39,234 nt of DNA from Elainellaceae cyanobacterium (GTDB lineage Bacteria; Cyanobacteriota; Cyanobacteriia; CAZCXK01): positions 21,423-60,656 of the forward strand of contig JBNPEG010000116.1 of NCBI GenBank assembly GCA_051117555.1, given 5' to 3'. The translations under genes and the position numbers were made by a program. The notes beneath the pieces are model-generated. The model made no database searches, was not told where the DNA came from, and saw only the letters and a program-made list of their open reading frames with translations. Below are positions 1-10,783 of this stretch, in pieces (the first letter of the stretch is position 1; the number at the start of each line of letters is the position of its first letter).

Positions 1-98
1 AAAGGACAAACCGTTGGTATTTATTTGATCGAGATTCATTCGAATTTTTCTAGTTTTTGAACGTTTAGCCCCACACTAATGCACGTAAACAAGCGGCG

Positions 99-875
99 AT
101 GAGTGATAGAGTTCAGCCTAGATCCTTGAGACTCGCGGTCTTAATTGATGCAGACAACGCCGATGCGACTTTGATTGAGCCGCTGCTGAAAGAGATCGCT
201 AAATATGGAGTCGCTCATGTTAAACGAATCTATGGTGACTGGACGAATACCAACCTAAATAAGTGGAAAGGTAAATTAAATAAATTTGCAATCCAGCCCA
301 TCCAACAATTTGCTTACACAACAGGAAAAAATTCAACAGATAGCTCTCTCATTATCGACGCGATGGATTTGTTGTATACCCAACACTTCGATGGATTTTG
401 TATTGTATCGAGCGATAGTGACTTTACCCGACTCGCTAATCGAATTAGAGAATCAGGACTCGTTGTCTATGGATTTGGTGAACAGAAGACCCCAGAAGCA
501 TTTGTCAGTGCGTGTGATAAGTTCATCTATACCGAAATTTTGGGACAGTTGGACTCCTTGAATGAGGCAGAATTAAAAGAGAAAAATCGAGCTACTAAAG
601 GAGCTTCTGGCAATACGACAAAGACGTTAGGCAGTCAAAAATTGAGATCTAACAAAAAACTTGTCAGCCTTCTTAAAGATGCACACGAGGCTGTTGCTGA
701 GGAAGATGGATGGGCCCATCTTGGCCCGTTTGGTTCGCAGTTAACAAAGCTTTCTTCATCGTTTGATCCTAGAAATTATGGCTATAAGAAATTAAGTGAC
801 TTAGTGATTGATATTGATATGTTTGAAATTAAGAAGAACTCGAAAACGGTTCGAATTAAGTTAAAAGATCAGTAA
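99..875 (+). CDS. NYN (LabA/DUF88, PIN-like) domain protein with C-terminal OST-HTH/LOTUS domain
   Basis: Motifs LAVLIDADN, KRIYGDW, GKNSTD..LIIDAMD and IVSSDSDFTRL. The C-terminal GWAHLGPFG...FDPRNYGYKKLSDL is OST-HTH-like. Confidence 0.88.
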   Translation: MSDRVQPRSLRLAVLIDADNADATLIEPLLKEIAKYGVAHVKRIYGDWTNTNLNKWKGKLNKFAIQPIQQFAYTTGKNSTDSSLIIDAMDLLYTQHFDGFCIVSSDSDFTRLANRIRESGLVVYGFGEQKTPEAFVSACDKFIYTEILGQLDSLNEAELKEKNRATKGASGNTTKTLGSQKLRSNKKLVSLLKDAHEAVAEEDGWAHLGPFGSQLTKLSSSFDPRNYGYKKLSDLVIDIDMFEIKKNSKTVRIKLKDQ

Positions 876-940
876 ATAAATTGAATACTGCCACGTTTAG
901 CTCCCTATTCTGATTGTCTACGTTAGTTTCTATAATCCTC

Positions 941-2797
941 ATGAAGATTGCGATCGCCCAACTAAATCCTATAATCGGAGATCTGGCAGGCAATGCTCAG
1001 CAAATTTTAGATGCGGCTCATCGCGCTGCTGACCAAGGAGCTCGCTTGATGCTGACCCCTGAAATGTCAATATCCGGTTATCCGCCTCGTGATTTGCTGA
1101 TGCAGCCCAGCTTTGTTGCCAATATGGCAGACACCGTTGAGCAGCTTGCAAGCGACATACCTTCGACATTAGCCGTCTTAGTGGGCACGGCGGAGCTTAA
1201 TGAGCGATCGCTCGATACGGGTGGCAAACCTCTGTTTAACAGCATCGTCCTTTTAGACGGAGGCAGGATTCAGCATCACTTTCATAAGCGTCTCCTGCCG
1301 ACCTACGACGTCTTTGATGACGATCGCTACTTTTCGGCTGATTCTCAAAGCAATTTTTTCACGCTTGAGCCAACTGATTCAATCCACTCCCCCATTCGCG
1401 TCGGCGTCACCATTTGCGAAGACCTTTGGAATGATGAAGAATTTTGGGGCAAGCGGAACTACAAAGCTAATCCACTCGACGATTTAGCTGCCCAGTCGGT
1501 TGATCTGATCGTTAATTTGTCGGGGTCGCCCTATTCTCTTGGCAAACAACGGCTCAGAGAAGCCATGCTCAACCACGCGGCGATGCGCTATCGCATCCCG
1601 ATTCTCTATGTGAATCAGGTGGGCGGCAATGATGATTTGATTTTTGACGGCAGCAGTGTTGGGTTTAACCGCAGCGGTCAGGTCGTCTGTCGTGCGAAAG
1701 CCTTTCAACCTGACTTAGCCATTGCAGAATTTGACCCAGAACGCCGCGATTTTCTGGCAAGCCCTATTACGGCTTTACCTGAAAGCGACGATGCAGAAAT
1801 CTGGTCGGCGCTGGTTTTAGGCGTTCGTGACTATGCCCACAAGTGCGGATTTTCTAAGGTTGTGATTGGGCTGAGCGGCGGTATCGACTCATCATTAGTG
1901 GCGGCGATCGCCACGGCTGCATTTGGGGCTGAGAATGTGTTGGGAGTTTTGATGCCATCTCCCTACAGTTCTGAACACTCCGTTCGCGATGCCAACGATT
2001 TAGCTGCCAATCTCGGCATTCGCACTGAAACCTTGCCCATTCAAGATTTGATGACCGCCTACGATCAAACGTTTGCAGAGTTGTTTGCGGGCACTGAGAT
2101 TGGGGTGGCTGAAGAAAATATTCAGTCTCGGATTCGAGGTAACTTGCTGATGGCGATCGCCAATAAATTTAGCTATCTGCTGCTCTCAACGGGTAATAAA
2201 TCAGAAATGGCAGTCGGCTACTGCACGCTGTATGGCGATATGAATGGCGGGCTAGCGGCGATCGCAGATGTTCCTAAGACGCGCGTGTATTCGCTGTGTC
2301 GGTGGCTGAATGAGCAGGCAACTCATCAGCCCAATCAGGAGAATGGGCAATGTGACCCGCCCTTTCCGGTTCCTCGTCCTGCGCTCTCATCCACTGAAAT
2401 TATTTCGAGCAACGTGCTTTCAAAGCCTCCCAGTGCCGAACTCAAGCCTGGACAAGTCGACCAAGATGCTCTGCCGTCCTATGACATTTTGGATGACATC
2501 TTGCATCGACTCATTCACGAACACGAATCACCCCGCACTATTGCCGCTGCCGGACACGATCCGCACACGATAGATAAAATCGTTAAGCTCGTCACTCGGG
2601 CCGAATTTAAGCGTAAGCAAGCTCCCCCAGCGCTAAAGGTCACCGACCGCGCGTTTGGCACGGGTTGGCGCATGCCGATTGCCTGTAAGTGGTCCGTTGC
2701 CAGTGCTCAATCGGTTTCTAAGACGACCGAATCCAGTGAGACGGCACCACCCGCTCCTTCTGAAGCCGCCCAACTTATCGATAATATATCTCCCTGA
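941..2797 (+). CDS. nadE: Glutamine-dependent NAD+ synthetase
   Basis: Nitrilase-type domain with E-K-C triad (TPEM, HKRLLP, ICEDLW) plus synthetase domain (GLSGGIDS, ENIQSRIRG, TGNKSE, PSAEL). ATG at 941 (MKIAIAQLNP) preferred over TTG at 914. Confidence 0.95.
   Translation: MKIAIAQLNPIIGDLAGNAQQILDAAHRAADQGARLMLTPEMSISGYPPRDLLMQPSFVANMADTVEQLASDIPSTLAVLVGTAELNERSLDTGGKPLFNSIVLLDGGRIQHHFHKRLLPTYDVFDDDRYFSADSQSNFFTLEPTDSIHSPIRVGVTICEDLWNDEEFWGKRNYKANPLDDLAAQSVDLIVNLSGSPYSLGKQRLREAMLNHAAMRYRIPILYVNQVGGNDDLIFDGSSVGFNRSGQVVCRAKAFQPDLAIAEFDPERRDFLASPITALPESDDAEIWSALVLGVRDYAHKCGFSKVVIGLSGGIDSSLVAAIATAAFGAENVLGVLMPSPYSSEHSVRDANDLAANLGIRTETLPIQDLMTAYDQTFAELFAGTEIGVAEENIQSRIRGNLLMAIANKFSYLLLSTGNKSEMAVGYCTLYGDMNGGLAAIADVPKTRVYSLCRWLNEQATHQPNQENGQCDPPFPVPRPALSSTEIISSNVLSKPPSAELKPGQVDQDALPSYDILDDILHRLIHEHESPRTIAAAGHDPHTIDKIVKLVTRAEFKRKQAPPALKVTDRAFGTGWRMPIACKWSVASAQSVSKTTESSETAPPAPSEAAQLIDNISP
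950..957. repeat. HIP1 octamer GCGATCGC (one example of many copies across the window)
   Basis: The palindrome recurs in most genes and spacers, a hallmark of cyanobacterial genomes. Confidence 0.9.
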
Positions 2798-2804
2798 CTT
2801 TTCC

Positions 2805-3221
2805 CTAACGTTTATCTCGGCATATCCACGCCCACAAAGGATGGCTGCTTCCTTGCTGACGGATCTTGATAAGCTGTTTTTCGAGCCGACGGGTTTGTTC
2901 GAGAGAAACGCCCATTAAGATATTTCGGCTTTGCCAAACCAATAGCCCGATCGTTGCTCCGAAGCAGATAGATAGCCCCATCGCTGCGAGGGGATTAAAC
3001 GCCAGGCTATACCTCACAGCAGTCCATGTGAAATAGTCGACCCATAGAGCAATTTCGTCACGCAATGCCCATAGGCTGATGGAGCCAATCACTAGCCATA
3101 GCAATATCACAACAGCCCACCTGCCATAGACGGTCAGCCGATATAACCGCTCCATCTCCTGCTGAAAGGTAGGTGAATGCTCTCGAAAATCGTAATTAGA
3201 CGGCGATCTGAATTTCGGCAT
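2805..3221 (-). CDS. Hypothetical membrane protein (2 predicted TM helices) downstream of secF
   Basis: 138-aa ORF with two hydrophobic segments, co-directional with secDF. Start uncertain. Confidence 0.7.
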   Translation of the reverse strand: MPKFRSPSNYDFREHSPTFQQEMERLYRLTVYGRWAVVILLWLVIGSISLWALRDEIALWVDYFTWTAVRYSLAFNPLAAMGLSICFGATIGLLVWQSRNILMGVSLEQTRRLEKQLIKIRQQGSSHPLWAWICRDKR

Positions 3222-3284
3222 GAACGAGTGGAATGAGCCCCATGCAAACTAAACCAGGATGAAGCAAGACGGTATACCTGATGA

Positions 3285-4271
3285 TCACACGTCTTCGTTG
3301 GGTTGGGATGGCAGATCGCCCTCGGGAGTGGCCGGAATCGGCTGAGCAACGTTTTCTCGCCACAGCGCCAATAGCGTGCTAGACACAAAAATGCTGGAAT
3401 AGGCACCTAGAATAAACCCAATGATCAGCGCTAGGGAAAAGTATTTCAGTGTGTCTCCACCGAACAACAAAATCGCGATTAATGAAAGGGTCGTGGTTAA
3501 GGTTGTATTGATCGAGCGAGTCAATGTCTGACTCACTGCATCATCGACCACATCAGCAATGGGGCGATCGGGGTTGGGCTTTAGCGTCTCTCGAATGCGG
3601 TCATAGATCACGACCGTATCGTTGACTGAGAATCCCACGATGGTTAGCAACGCCACGATAAATAAACTGTCAACTTCGCGCCCTGCAACGAGCCCTAAAA
3701 ATGAAAACACTCCCAGCGTGATTAAAACGTCATGCACGAGCGCTAAGATGGCAAACATCGCATAGTCAAATTGAAACCGCAGGCTGAGATAGGCGGCGAT
3801 TCCAAAGAAGGCTACCAAAAGGGCGGTTAAGCCGGATGTAAAAATCTGTCGCCCGATGGTAGGGCCCACCGTGTCGATTTGAGTCTTTGCAGGATCAAAC
3901 TCACCGATCGTTTCTTCTAAAGCCGCTTCAAGCTGGGTTCGCTGCTCAACCCCTAACTCAGATGTGCGAATTGAGAGCCCTTGGCGGTCTTGCCCCAAAA
4001 TCTGAATGCTGCTGTTTGCCAATCCTTGGGCTGCGACAACCTGCCGTACTTCTGAAATATCAATGGGCTCGTCGCAATTACCAGCCTGACTACAGTCGAG
4101 TTCGAGCTGGAGGCGGGTTCCTCCAATAAAGTCAAGGCTGGGTCGGAGCGGTGCGCCAATTTGCTGCCAAGAAACAAGCATGCAAATGATGCTAGCGATC
4201 GCCAAAATGCCAGAAATAATCCACCAGAGCGATCGCTGTTGATTAACTCGAAACTTTATGGGTGTCATCAT
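3285..4271 (-). CDS. secF: Protein translocase subunit SecF
   Basis: [39 protein letters not shown] and [12 protein letters not shown] overlap with the secD stop. Confidence 0.96.
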   Translation of the reverse strand: MMTPIKFRVNQQRSLWWIISGILAIASIICMLVSWQQIGAPLRPSLDFIGGTRLQLELDCSQAGNCDEPIDISEVRQVVAAQGLANSSIQILGQDRQGLSIRTSELGVEQRTQLEAALEETIGEFDPAKTQIDTVGPTIGRQIFTSGLTALLVAFFGIAAYLSLRFQFDYAMFAILALVHDVLITLGVFSFLGLVAGREVDSLFIVALLTIVGFSVNDTVVIYDRIRETLKPNPDRPIADVVDDAVSQTLTRSINTTLTTTLSLIAILLFGGDTLKYFSLALIIGFILGAYSSIFVSSTLLALWRENVAQPIPATPEGDLPSQPNEDV

Positions 4272-5674
4272 GATGATGTCTCGGCCTGTCGTCTAGACGG
4301 CAAGGGGGGAGGGTTCGGGCAAAACCAACGCGGCTTCCGCAAATTGGGAACACTGAGGGACACAAGCAGCAACGTCCGGCTACAGGTCAGAGCCGTAAAC
4401 ATGCTCACGCCAACGCCAATGGCGAGGGTCAGCGCAAACCCTCTGACAAGCCCCGTGCCTAAAAAGAATAGAGCAGCACACGCAATCAGAGTTGTGACAT
4501 TGCTGTCTAAGATACTTGAAAACGCGCGATAGAATCCTGACTCCACGGAACGATACAGCGTGCGTCCTGCTTTGATTTCTTCGCGAGTCCGCTCGAAAAT
4601 GAGAATATTGGCATCAACCGCCATGCCAATGCTAAGAATGAACCCGGCAATGCCAGGTAACGTCAGCGTCACTTGCAGGAGGCTAAAGACTGCAAACGTC
4701 AATATCGCGTAGATGACTAATGAAAAATCTGCGATCAAGCCTGGAAGGCGATAGTAAATCGCCATGAAGATCAGCACAAGTATTAGCCCACCTGCCCCTG
4801 CGTAGAGGCTGCGGCGAATGCTATCTCGCCCCAGTGTCGCCCCCACGGTGCGGTTCTCGACGATTTCGACAGGCACGGGTAATGCGCCACCCCGCAGTTG
4901 GATCTCTAAGTCACGGGCTTCTTGAGCAGTGAATCGTCCGGTAATTCGGGCTCGTCCTCCGGTGATGCCGGTTTCAGCAAATTCAACGCCGACCGTCGGA
5001 GCACTAATTAGCTCGTTATCTAGAAAAATACCGAGCGATCGCCCCGTTCCAGCCAGGTTTTGGGTGAGTTCGGCAAAAAGCTCTGCCCCGGTGTTATTAA
5101 ACTCGATGGCGACTTCCCAATTATCGCCTTGGGTCAACGGCTGAGCCCGTGCATCGGTGAGCATATCACCCGTTAATCCTGTTTTATCAAACAGCGCGGC
5201 GATCGCCTCATTGGCTTGCTGAAGCTGCTGTTGTTTTTCCTCAAGCGATCCTGACTCATCGGTCAGAGTGCTTTGAATCTGGTCGCGCTGATAAATCAGA
5301 GCTTGCAACACTTGCAGCTCAGTGCCTTGCTTCTGCCCTCGGAAGTCGAGTTGCGCGGTGCCTCCCAAGACCCTTTCAGCCTGTTGCGGATCGCTAACGC
5401 CCGGAAGCTGGACGATGAGCTGATTGTTGCCTGCCGTTTGCACCACCGCCTCAGACACGCCAAGCCCATTGATCCGGTTTTCGATGACTCGCTGAACGGC
5501 TTCTAAATCAGTTTCAGTGATTTCTGGCACAGTCTCGGTAGGGTTGACCTGCAGCGTTAGTTGAGCCCCGCCTTGTAAATCAAGCCCTAGTCGCACCGGC
5601 AACTGCACAATCGCTACAATAGCAGCGATCGCCAGCACCACAATCAAAGCTAAAAGTGAACGTTGTCTACCCAT
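4268..5674 (-). CDS. secD: Protein translocase subunit SecD
   Basis: [33 protein letters not shown] and [13 protein letters not shown]. Start moved to ATG 5674 (MGRQRSLL, directly before the first TM helix). Confidence 0.96.
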   Translation of the reverse strand: MGRQRSLLALIVVLAIAAIVAIVQLPVRLGLDLQGGAQLTLQVNPTETVPEITETDLEAVQRVIENRINGLGVSEAVVQTAGNNQLIVQLPGVSDPQQAERVLGGTAQLDFRGQKQGTELQVLQALIYQRDQIQSTLTDESGSLEEKQQQLQQANEAIAALFDKTGLTGDMLTDARAQPLTQGDNWEVAIEFNNTGAELFAELTQNLAGTGRSLGIFLDNELISAPTVGVEFAETGITGGRARITGRFTAQEARDLEIQLRGGALPVPVEIVENRTVGATLGRDSIRRSLYAGAGGLILVLIFMAIYYRLPGLIADFSLVIYAILTFAVFSLLQVTLTLPGIAGFILSIGMAVDANILIFERTREEIKAGRTLYRSVESGFYRAFSSILDSNVTTLIACAALFFLGTGLVRGFALTLAIGVGVSMFTALTCSRTLLLVSLSVPNLRKPRWFCPNPPPLPSRRQAETSS

Positions 5675-5855
5675 ATCTCTAGTCGATATACCAAACGTTA
5701 TGATAGCGGTATTTTCCGCGACTCGGGGGAGTCGTGATAGGGAAGTAAACAGTTTGGCGATCGCAACGGGTCTGAGTTGGGACTGTCTCAACGTCCCAAT
5801 CGCCTCGTACAATGCTCACAAGACCCCAATCGACTTTCTAAATCGACTTTCTAAT

Positions 5856-6077
5856 ATGTTAAACAGCCATTCCCTCGCTCGCTACATGGAAGAGTCCGGC
5901 AAAGAATATCAGCCCTGGCTTCTTATCCAGCTTCGGTTACAAAAACTTCGAGAACGCCGAGCATCTCTCTCGACTGATCAATATCTGCACGAGCTTACAG
6001 TGCTACATCAAGATTTGATGAATTTGGGAGAATGGTGGGTCGGTCGAGACGATGAGGTATTTGGTCATAATTCTTAA
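5856..6077 (+). CDS. Small hypothetical protein upstream of ppk1
   Basis: Protein-like helical ORF (YQPWLLIQLRLQKL...LMNLGEWWVGRDDEVF). ATG at 5856 or 5886; the longer 5700 start runs through the secD promoter region. Confidence 0.6.
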   Translation: MLNSHSLARYMEESGKEYQPWLLIQLRLQKLRERRASLSTDQYLHELTVLHQDLMNLGEWWVGRDDEVFGHNS

Positions 6078-6168
6078 CCTAGGCTTTGACTTGACTTGAT
6101 AGGGTCTTAATTTAACTGCCACCCATCGCCCCATTTTCAGGCTGTAGACATTTTTAAGCGACTCTCCT

Positions 6169-8346
6169 ATGGCAAAGTCCTCAACTGCGAGCAAATCAGA
6201 CCGATCGACTCGACGCATCGATTTAAATGCCCCTAACTATTATTTCAATCGAGAGCTGAGTTGGCTAGAGTTCAATCGACGAGTTCTTCACGAAGCGCTT
6301 GATTCTCGAACGCCCCTGCTCGAGCGTCTGAAGTTTATGGCTATTTTTAGCTTTAATCTCGATGAATTCTTCATGGTACGGGTTGCCGGACTTAAACAGC
6401 AGGTCGAGGCTCAGGTCAGGAAACTCACGCCTGATGGTCGCACGCCCCAACAGCAGCTTGATGACATCAGCAACCTGCTCCATCCCGTCATCGTTCAACA
6501 ACATGAACATTTTCAAACCGAGCTTCGCCCCCAGCTCGCCAACCACGGCATCTATCTGATCGATTATGTCGATCTCAATCAAGAACAGCGACATTATTTA
6601 CAGGAATATTTCAAAGAGCAAATTTTTCCAGTGTTGACTCCGCTCGCTGTCGACCCCGGTCATCCGTTTCCCTATATCTCAAATCTCAGCCTCAATCTCG
6701 CTGTGGTCATGCGCGATCCGGATGCAAAGACTGAGCGATTTGCTCGAATTAAAGTCCCTAAGCCGCGCTTTGTGACCCTGCCGCCAGAACTACGGGTCCA
6801 GTCTAAAAATCGCCCTTCGATTTGGACGGGTGTTCCTCTAGAGCAGGTCATTGCCCACAATCTAGAATTTTTGTTTCCAGGCATGGATATTCAAGAATAT
6901 TATCCGTTTCGGATCACTCGCAATGCCGATTTAGCCGTTGAGGAAGATGAAGCCGATGACCTGATGCTGGCGATCGAAAAGGAATTGCGAAAGCGACGGC
7001 TCGGCGGCTCAGTCGTTCGGATGGAGCTCCAATCGTCGACTCCTGCCTTTGTAAAAGAGACTCTCATGAGGGAGATGGGATTAGCTGAAATCGATGTCTA
7101 TGAGGTCGATGGGCTGATCAGTTTGGGAGGGCTGATGTCGTTTACGGACCTGCCCCTCCCCCATCTCAAAGATCCGCCTTGGTCGCCCGTTGTCCCCCCT
7201 CGTTTGGCACGAGTCAGCGAGCCAGAGACCAGTTCAACATTTCCAGACGAGGAAGACGGCGAAGACTTTTTTGCCACTATTCGCCGCAAAGACATGATGG
7301 TGCATCATCCCTATCATTCATTTTCGGCAACGGTTCAGCGTTTCATTACTCAAGCAGCCCATGACCCGAATGTGCTTGCCATTAAAATGACGCTCTACCG
7401 TACGTCTGGCGATTCACCCATTGTCAATGCGTTGATTGCGGCCGCAGAAAACGGTAAACAGGTGGCTGTTTTAGTTGAACTGAAAGCCCGATTTGATGAA
7501 GAAAACAATATTGTGTGGGCTCGCAAGCTAGAAAAATCAGGCGTGCATGTGGTCTATGGGCTCGTTGGACTCAAAACCCACACTAAAGTTGTATTGGTGG
7601 TTCGCAAGGAAGATGATCGAATTCGTCGCTATGTGCATATTGGCACAGGCAACTATAACCCCAAAACGGCTCGCATTTATACCGATATTGGATTGCTGAG
7701 CTGTCGAACCGACCTGGGGGCAGATTTGACTGATCTGTTCAACTATTTGACGGGGTATTCACGGCAGCGATCATACCGTAAGTTGCTGATTGCCCCGGTC
7801 AGTTTGCGCGATCGCATGGTTGAACTCATTCATCGCGAAATTCAACAGGCTAATGATGGCAATCACGCTCGAATCGTTGCCAAAATGAATGCGCTGGTTG
7901 ACCCAGCTATCATTGCGACTCTCTATGAAGCCTCTCAGGCAGGGGTTAAGATCGACCTGATTGTTCGCGGCATTTGCTGCCTACGCCCTGGCATTAAAGG
8001 AATCAGCGACAATATTCAGGTGATTAGCATTGTGGGTCGGTTTCTCGAACATTCTCGAATTTTCTATTTTCATAACGGTGGCACGGAAGAAATCTTCATC
8101 GGTAGTGCTGACTGGATGCCTCGAAATCTTGACCGACGAGTTGAAGCCGTGACCCCTATGGAAGAGCCTGAGATTGCCAAGGATTTGCAAGAAATTTTGG
8201 GCGTAATGCTAGCTGATAATCGACAGGCATGGGAACTCCAGTCTGACGGCAGCTATGTTCAACGGCGCCCCAGTAACGACCACGCTGAACAGAGTGCTCA
8301 CACCATGTTGATGGCAATGGCGAACCAATCGGTTGGTAAGAGTTAG
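6169..8346 (+). CDS. ppk1: Polyphosphate kinase 1
   Basis: NRELSWLEFNRRVL, HHPYHSF, KMTLYRTS, ELKARFDEENN, KTHTK, HIGTGNYN, GRFLEHSR and GSADWMPRNL. Confidence 0.97.
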   Translation: MAKSSTASKSDRSTRRIDLNAPNYYFNRELSWLEFNRRVLHEALDSRTPLLERLKFMAIFSFNLDEFFMVRVAGLKQQVEAQVRKLTPDGRTPQQQLDDISNLLHPVIVQQHEHFQTELRPQLANHGIYLIDYVDLNQEQRHYLQEYFKEQIFPVLTPLAVDPGHPFPYISNLSLNLAVVMRDPDAKTERFARIKVPKPRFVTLPPELRVQSKNRPSIWTGVPLEQVIAHNLEFLFPGMDIQEYYPFRITRNADLAVEEDEADDLMLAIEKELRKRRLGGSVVRMELQSSTPAFVKETLMREMGLAEIDVYEVDGLISLGGLMSFTDLPLPHLKDPPWSPVVPPRLARVSEPETSSTFPDEEDGEDFFATIRRKDMMVHHPYHSFSATVQRFITQAAHDPNVLAIKMTLYRTSGDSPIVNALIAAAENGKQVAVLVELKARFDEENNIVWARKLEKSGVHVVYGLVGLKTHTKVVLVVRKEDDRIRRYVHIGTGNYNPKTARIYTDIGLLSCRTDLGADLTDLFNYLTGYSRQRSYRKLLIAPVSLRDRMVELIHREIQQANDGNHARIVAKMNALVDPAIIATLYEASQAGVKIDLIVRGICCLRPGIKGISDNIQVISIVGRFLEHSRIFYFHNGGTEEIFIGSADWMPRNLDRRVEAVTPMEEPEIAKDLQEILGVMLADNRQAWELQSDGSYVQRRPSNDHAEQSAHTMLMAMANQSVGKS

Positions 8347-8363
8347 TGAATGATTTAAGTCCT

Positions 8364-8783
8364 ATGTCTAGTCCCCAGTCAGATTTGTCCCTTGATGACG
8401 CGCGTCAGATCTTAAAGCGGTTCGACTGTCTCACGAATTCCCAGGTTTCTGCGTCAGACAAAGCACTCATCCGTCGGGCATTGCGGCAGATTATCCCCGA
8501 ATCTGATCATCAAATTTTAGGAATCTGCGCCGATGATTTGCAGCAGGGTCGTGCTGCTTTACAGAGCTATGCAGACGCATTGGGGTATTCGGTTAATGCC
8601 GACCTCAACCCTATGGAGGGAGCTGTTTACATCAAATTCAATCCGAGATCTGGCTTGCTATATGCTGATTCGTATCCAGGTGAACATCGAGGGGTGCTTG
8701 TGTCGTGCCAGTCAGATGATGAATCAGGACTCAATGATATGTTTGGTCATCTGCCAATAGACCTATTTTTGAACGGTGAATAA
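8364..8783 (+). CDS. DUF1824 family protein
   Basis: ILGICAD, GAVYIKFN, YPGEHRGVLVSCQS and GHLPIDLF resemble the cyanobacterial DUF1824 family. Alternative GTG start at 8346 overlaps the ppk1 stop. Confidence 0.75.
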   Translation: MSSPQSDLSLDDARQILKRFDCLTNSQVSASDKALIRRALRQIIPESDHQILGICADDLQQGRAALQSYADALGYSVNADLNPMEGAVYIKFNPRSGLLYADSYPGEHRGVLVSCQSDDESGLNDMFGHLPIDLFLNGE

Positions 8784-8937
8784 ATCACTCTCTCTAGGTT
8801 TGTTGAATTGCCGGGTGAGAGAAATACTAAAAATTAAGGTGTGCGATCGCTGAACTATCACGGCTATTAGAAGTGATGACTAGATAGTAGGGCGCTATAC
8901 CAACTTTGCCTCAACAATAATCCAGTGGAGAGAAATT

Positions 8938-9567
8938 ATGGCTGATGAGAAACAGCTTGCTATGCTGAAGCGAGGCATTGACGAATGGAACCAGTGGCGA
9001 ACCGAGAATCCCACCGTTTGCCCAGACTTGAGTGGTATTAATCTTCGCGCATTAGACCTTCAAGAAGCGAATCTTACTCAAGCCGATCTCTACGGCGACA
9101 ATCTCATTAGCAGCGACTTGAGCGGTGCCCATCTCAATCAAGCTGATTTTGGCAGCGCAAATCTGAATAAAGTACAACTCCGCGAAGCTGAGCTTAAATC
9201 GGCCAAACTCATTGAAGCAGATCTGCAGCAGGCAGATTTAAGTAAGGCTAACCTAAGCAAGGTGGATCTGATTCGGGCAAATCTTCAAAGGAGCAATTTG
9301 GTTGAAGCTGATCTCAGCAATGCAAATCTTATTGGCGCGAATCTTCACAAAGCAAGCTTGATCAAAGCTAATCTAAGCGGTGCTAATCTAAGTGAAGCGA
9401 ACTTGACGGATGCCGATCTGATCGAAGCTGACCTCACTAATGCCAATTTTAGTAGCGCTGACTTGAGCAATGCTAGCTTGACGGGTGCGAAAAGCGATGG
9501 CACCGATTTTAGTCATGCCAACCTTAAAAATACGGCCATGCCTGACGGCAAGATCAACAAAGAATGA
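8938..9567 (+). CDS. Pentapeptide repeat protein
   Basis: Long run of A(N/D)Lxx repeats, N-terminal GIDEWNQWR, C-terminal MPDG. GGAG upstream of the start. Confidence 0.93.
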   Translation: MADEKQLAMLKRGIDEWNQWRTENPTVCPDLSGINLRALDLQEANLTQADLYGDNLISSDLSGAHLNQADFGSANLNKVQLREAELKSAKLIEADLQQADLSKANLSKVDLIRANLQRSNLVEADLSNANLIGANLHKASLIKANLSGANLSEANLTDADLIEADLTNANFSSADLSNASLTGAKSDGTDFSHANLKNTAMPDGKINKE

Positions 9568-9728
9568 GGCAGACGGGAAAGCAGATTAAAGCGTTGTAAT
9601 ATTTTGAGTGGTCAAACTCGAAGGTGGCGATCGCCATTTTCCAGGGCGTTTGGACAGTGCAAGATCGATGCATCTCAGAAATTGAATGTCAACCTGCGGA
9701 ATGGTGGTGCAGTCATTCGAGTTGTCCT

Positions 9729-9833
9729 AGTACACACTTTAGGCTGCATCCAGAAATTTGCGCGTCCCGTACAAAAATGGTGGTGTGGGGCGCGCCGCGC
9801 CCCACACCACCGCACTTAACTCAAGCGCATACT
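9729..9833. repeat. REP/MITE-like element with perfect 16-bp GC-rich inverted repeat, between convergent genes
   Basis: GGTGGTGTGGGGCGCG-C-CGCGCCCCACACCACC at 9779-9811. Imperfect terminal IRs AGTACACACTTTAG (9729-9742) and CTCAAGCGCATACT (9820-9833), 10/14 match. Confidence 0.55.
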
Positions 9834-9835
9834 TT

Positions 9836-10783
9836 CTATAAGGCTTCTGCCCCGGCAACCACTTCTAGAAGCTGTTGCGTAATCGAAGCCTGACGAGCTT
9901 TGTTATAGGTCAACGATAGGGATGCAATTAGGTCACTTGCATTATCGCTCGCGTTGTTCATCGCGGTCATTCGAGCTGCCAACTCGCTGGCTGCAGCTTC
10001 TTGTAATGCCCGCAAAAGCTGATTATTTAGGTAAAGAGGCAATAGCGCATCTAAGATCTGGAGCGGATCTTGCTCGAAGATCATGTCTTGAGGAAGAGGG
10101 GCTGGCGTAGGCGCTTCGACTTTGCGGCGCTCGACTTCTAACTCTCCGCCTCGAGTCGTCAAACGAAAGATTTCATCGTCTGACGATTCTAGACCTTGGG
10201 GATCAAGAGGCAGCAATGTTTGAACGACCGGACGAGAACTCACCAGTGACACGAATTTAGTGTAAATAAGTTCGACTCGATCAACCGTTTCAGACAAGAA
10301 CAGAGACAGTAGCTCATCTGCAATTTGAGACGCTTCTTCAGCCGTTGGAATTTGCTCGAGATTGGCAAAGGTTGCTGTGATGGGCTGCTCTCGGCGACGG
10401 AAATATTGAATTGCCTTACGACCTACTAAAATCAGTTTGTAGTCAATGCCCTCAGATTGCAGTTCCTTCGCACGAATCTCAGCTCGACGAATCACACTAG
10501 AATTGTATCCACCACATAGACCGCGATCGCCCGATATGACCAAAATACCGACGGTCTCTACGTCTCGCTGCTTTAGCAGGGGCAGATTGGCGTCTTCAAA
10601 CCGCAAACGCGCTTGCAACCCATATAAAACTTGCGCCAAACGATCGGCAAATGGACGAGTTGCAATCACTTGCTCTTGCGCTCGTCTAACCTTAGCTGCT
10701 GCAACCAGCCGCATTGCTTCAGTAATTTTTCGAGTATTTTTGACCGACTGAATGCGATCGCGAATTGCTTTTAAGTTAGGCAT
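9836..10783 (-). CDS. atpG: ATP synthase F1 gamma subunit (cyanobacterial atpC)
   Basis: [33 protein letters not shown] and [20 protein letters not shown]. Confidence 0.98.
   Translation of the reverse strand: MPNLKAIRDRIQSVKNTRKITEAMRLVAAAKVRRAQEQVIATRPFADRLAQVLYGLQARLRFEDANLPLLKQRDVETVGILVISGDRGLCGGYNSSVIRRAEIRAKELQSEGIDYKLILVGRKAIQYFRRREQPITATFANLEQIPTAEEASQIADELLSLFLSETVDRVELIYTKFVSLVSSRPVVQTLLPLDPQGLESSDDEIFRLTTRGGELEVERRKVEAPTPAPLPQDMIFEQDPLQILDALLPLYLNNQLLRALQEAAASELAARMTAMNNASDNASDLIASLSLTYNKARQASITQQLLEVVAGAEAL

Noticed and set aside
5675..5812. N-terminal extension of SecD in the ORF track
   Set aside because: The extra 46 residues precede the normal SecD start and overlap the divergent promoter region.
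9604..9893. ORFs 9604-9819 and 9624-9893
   Set aside because: They cross the palindromic repeat, one overlaps atpG antisense, and they show no protein features.
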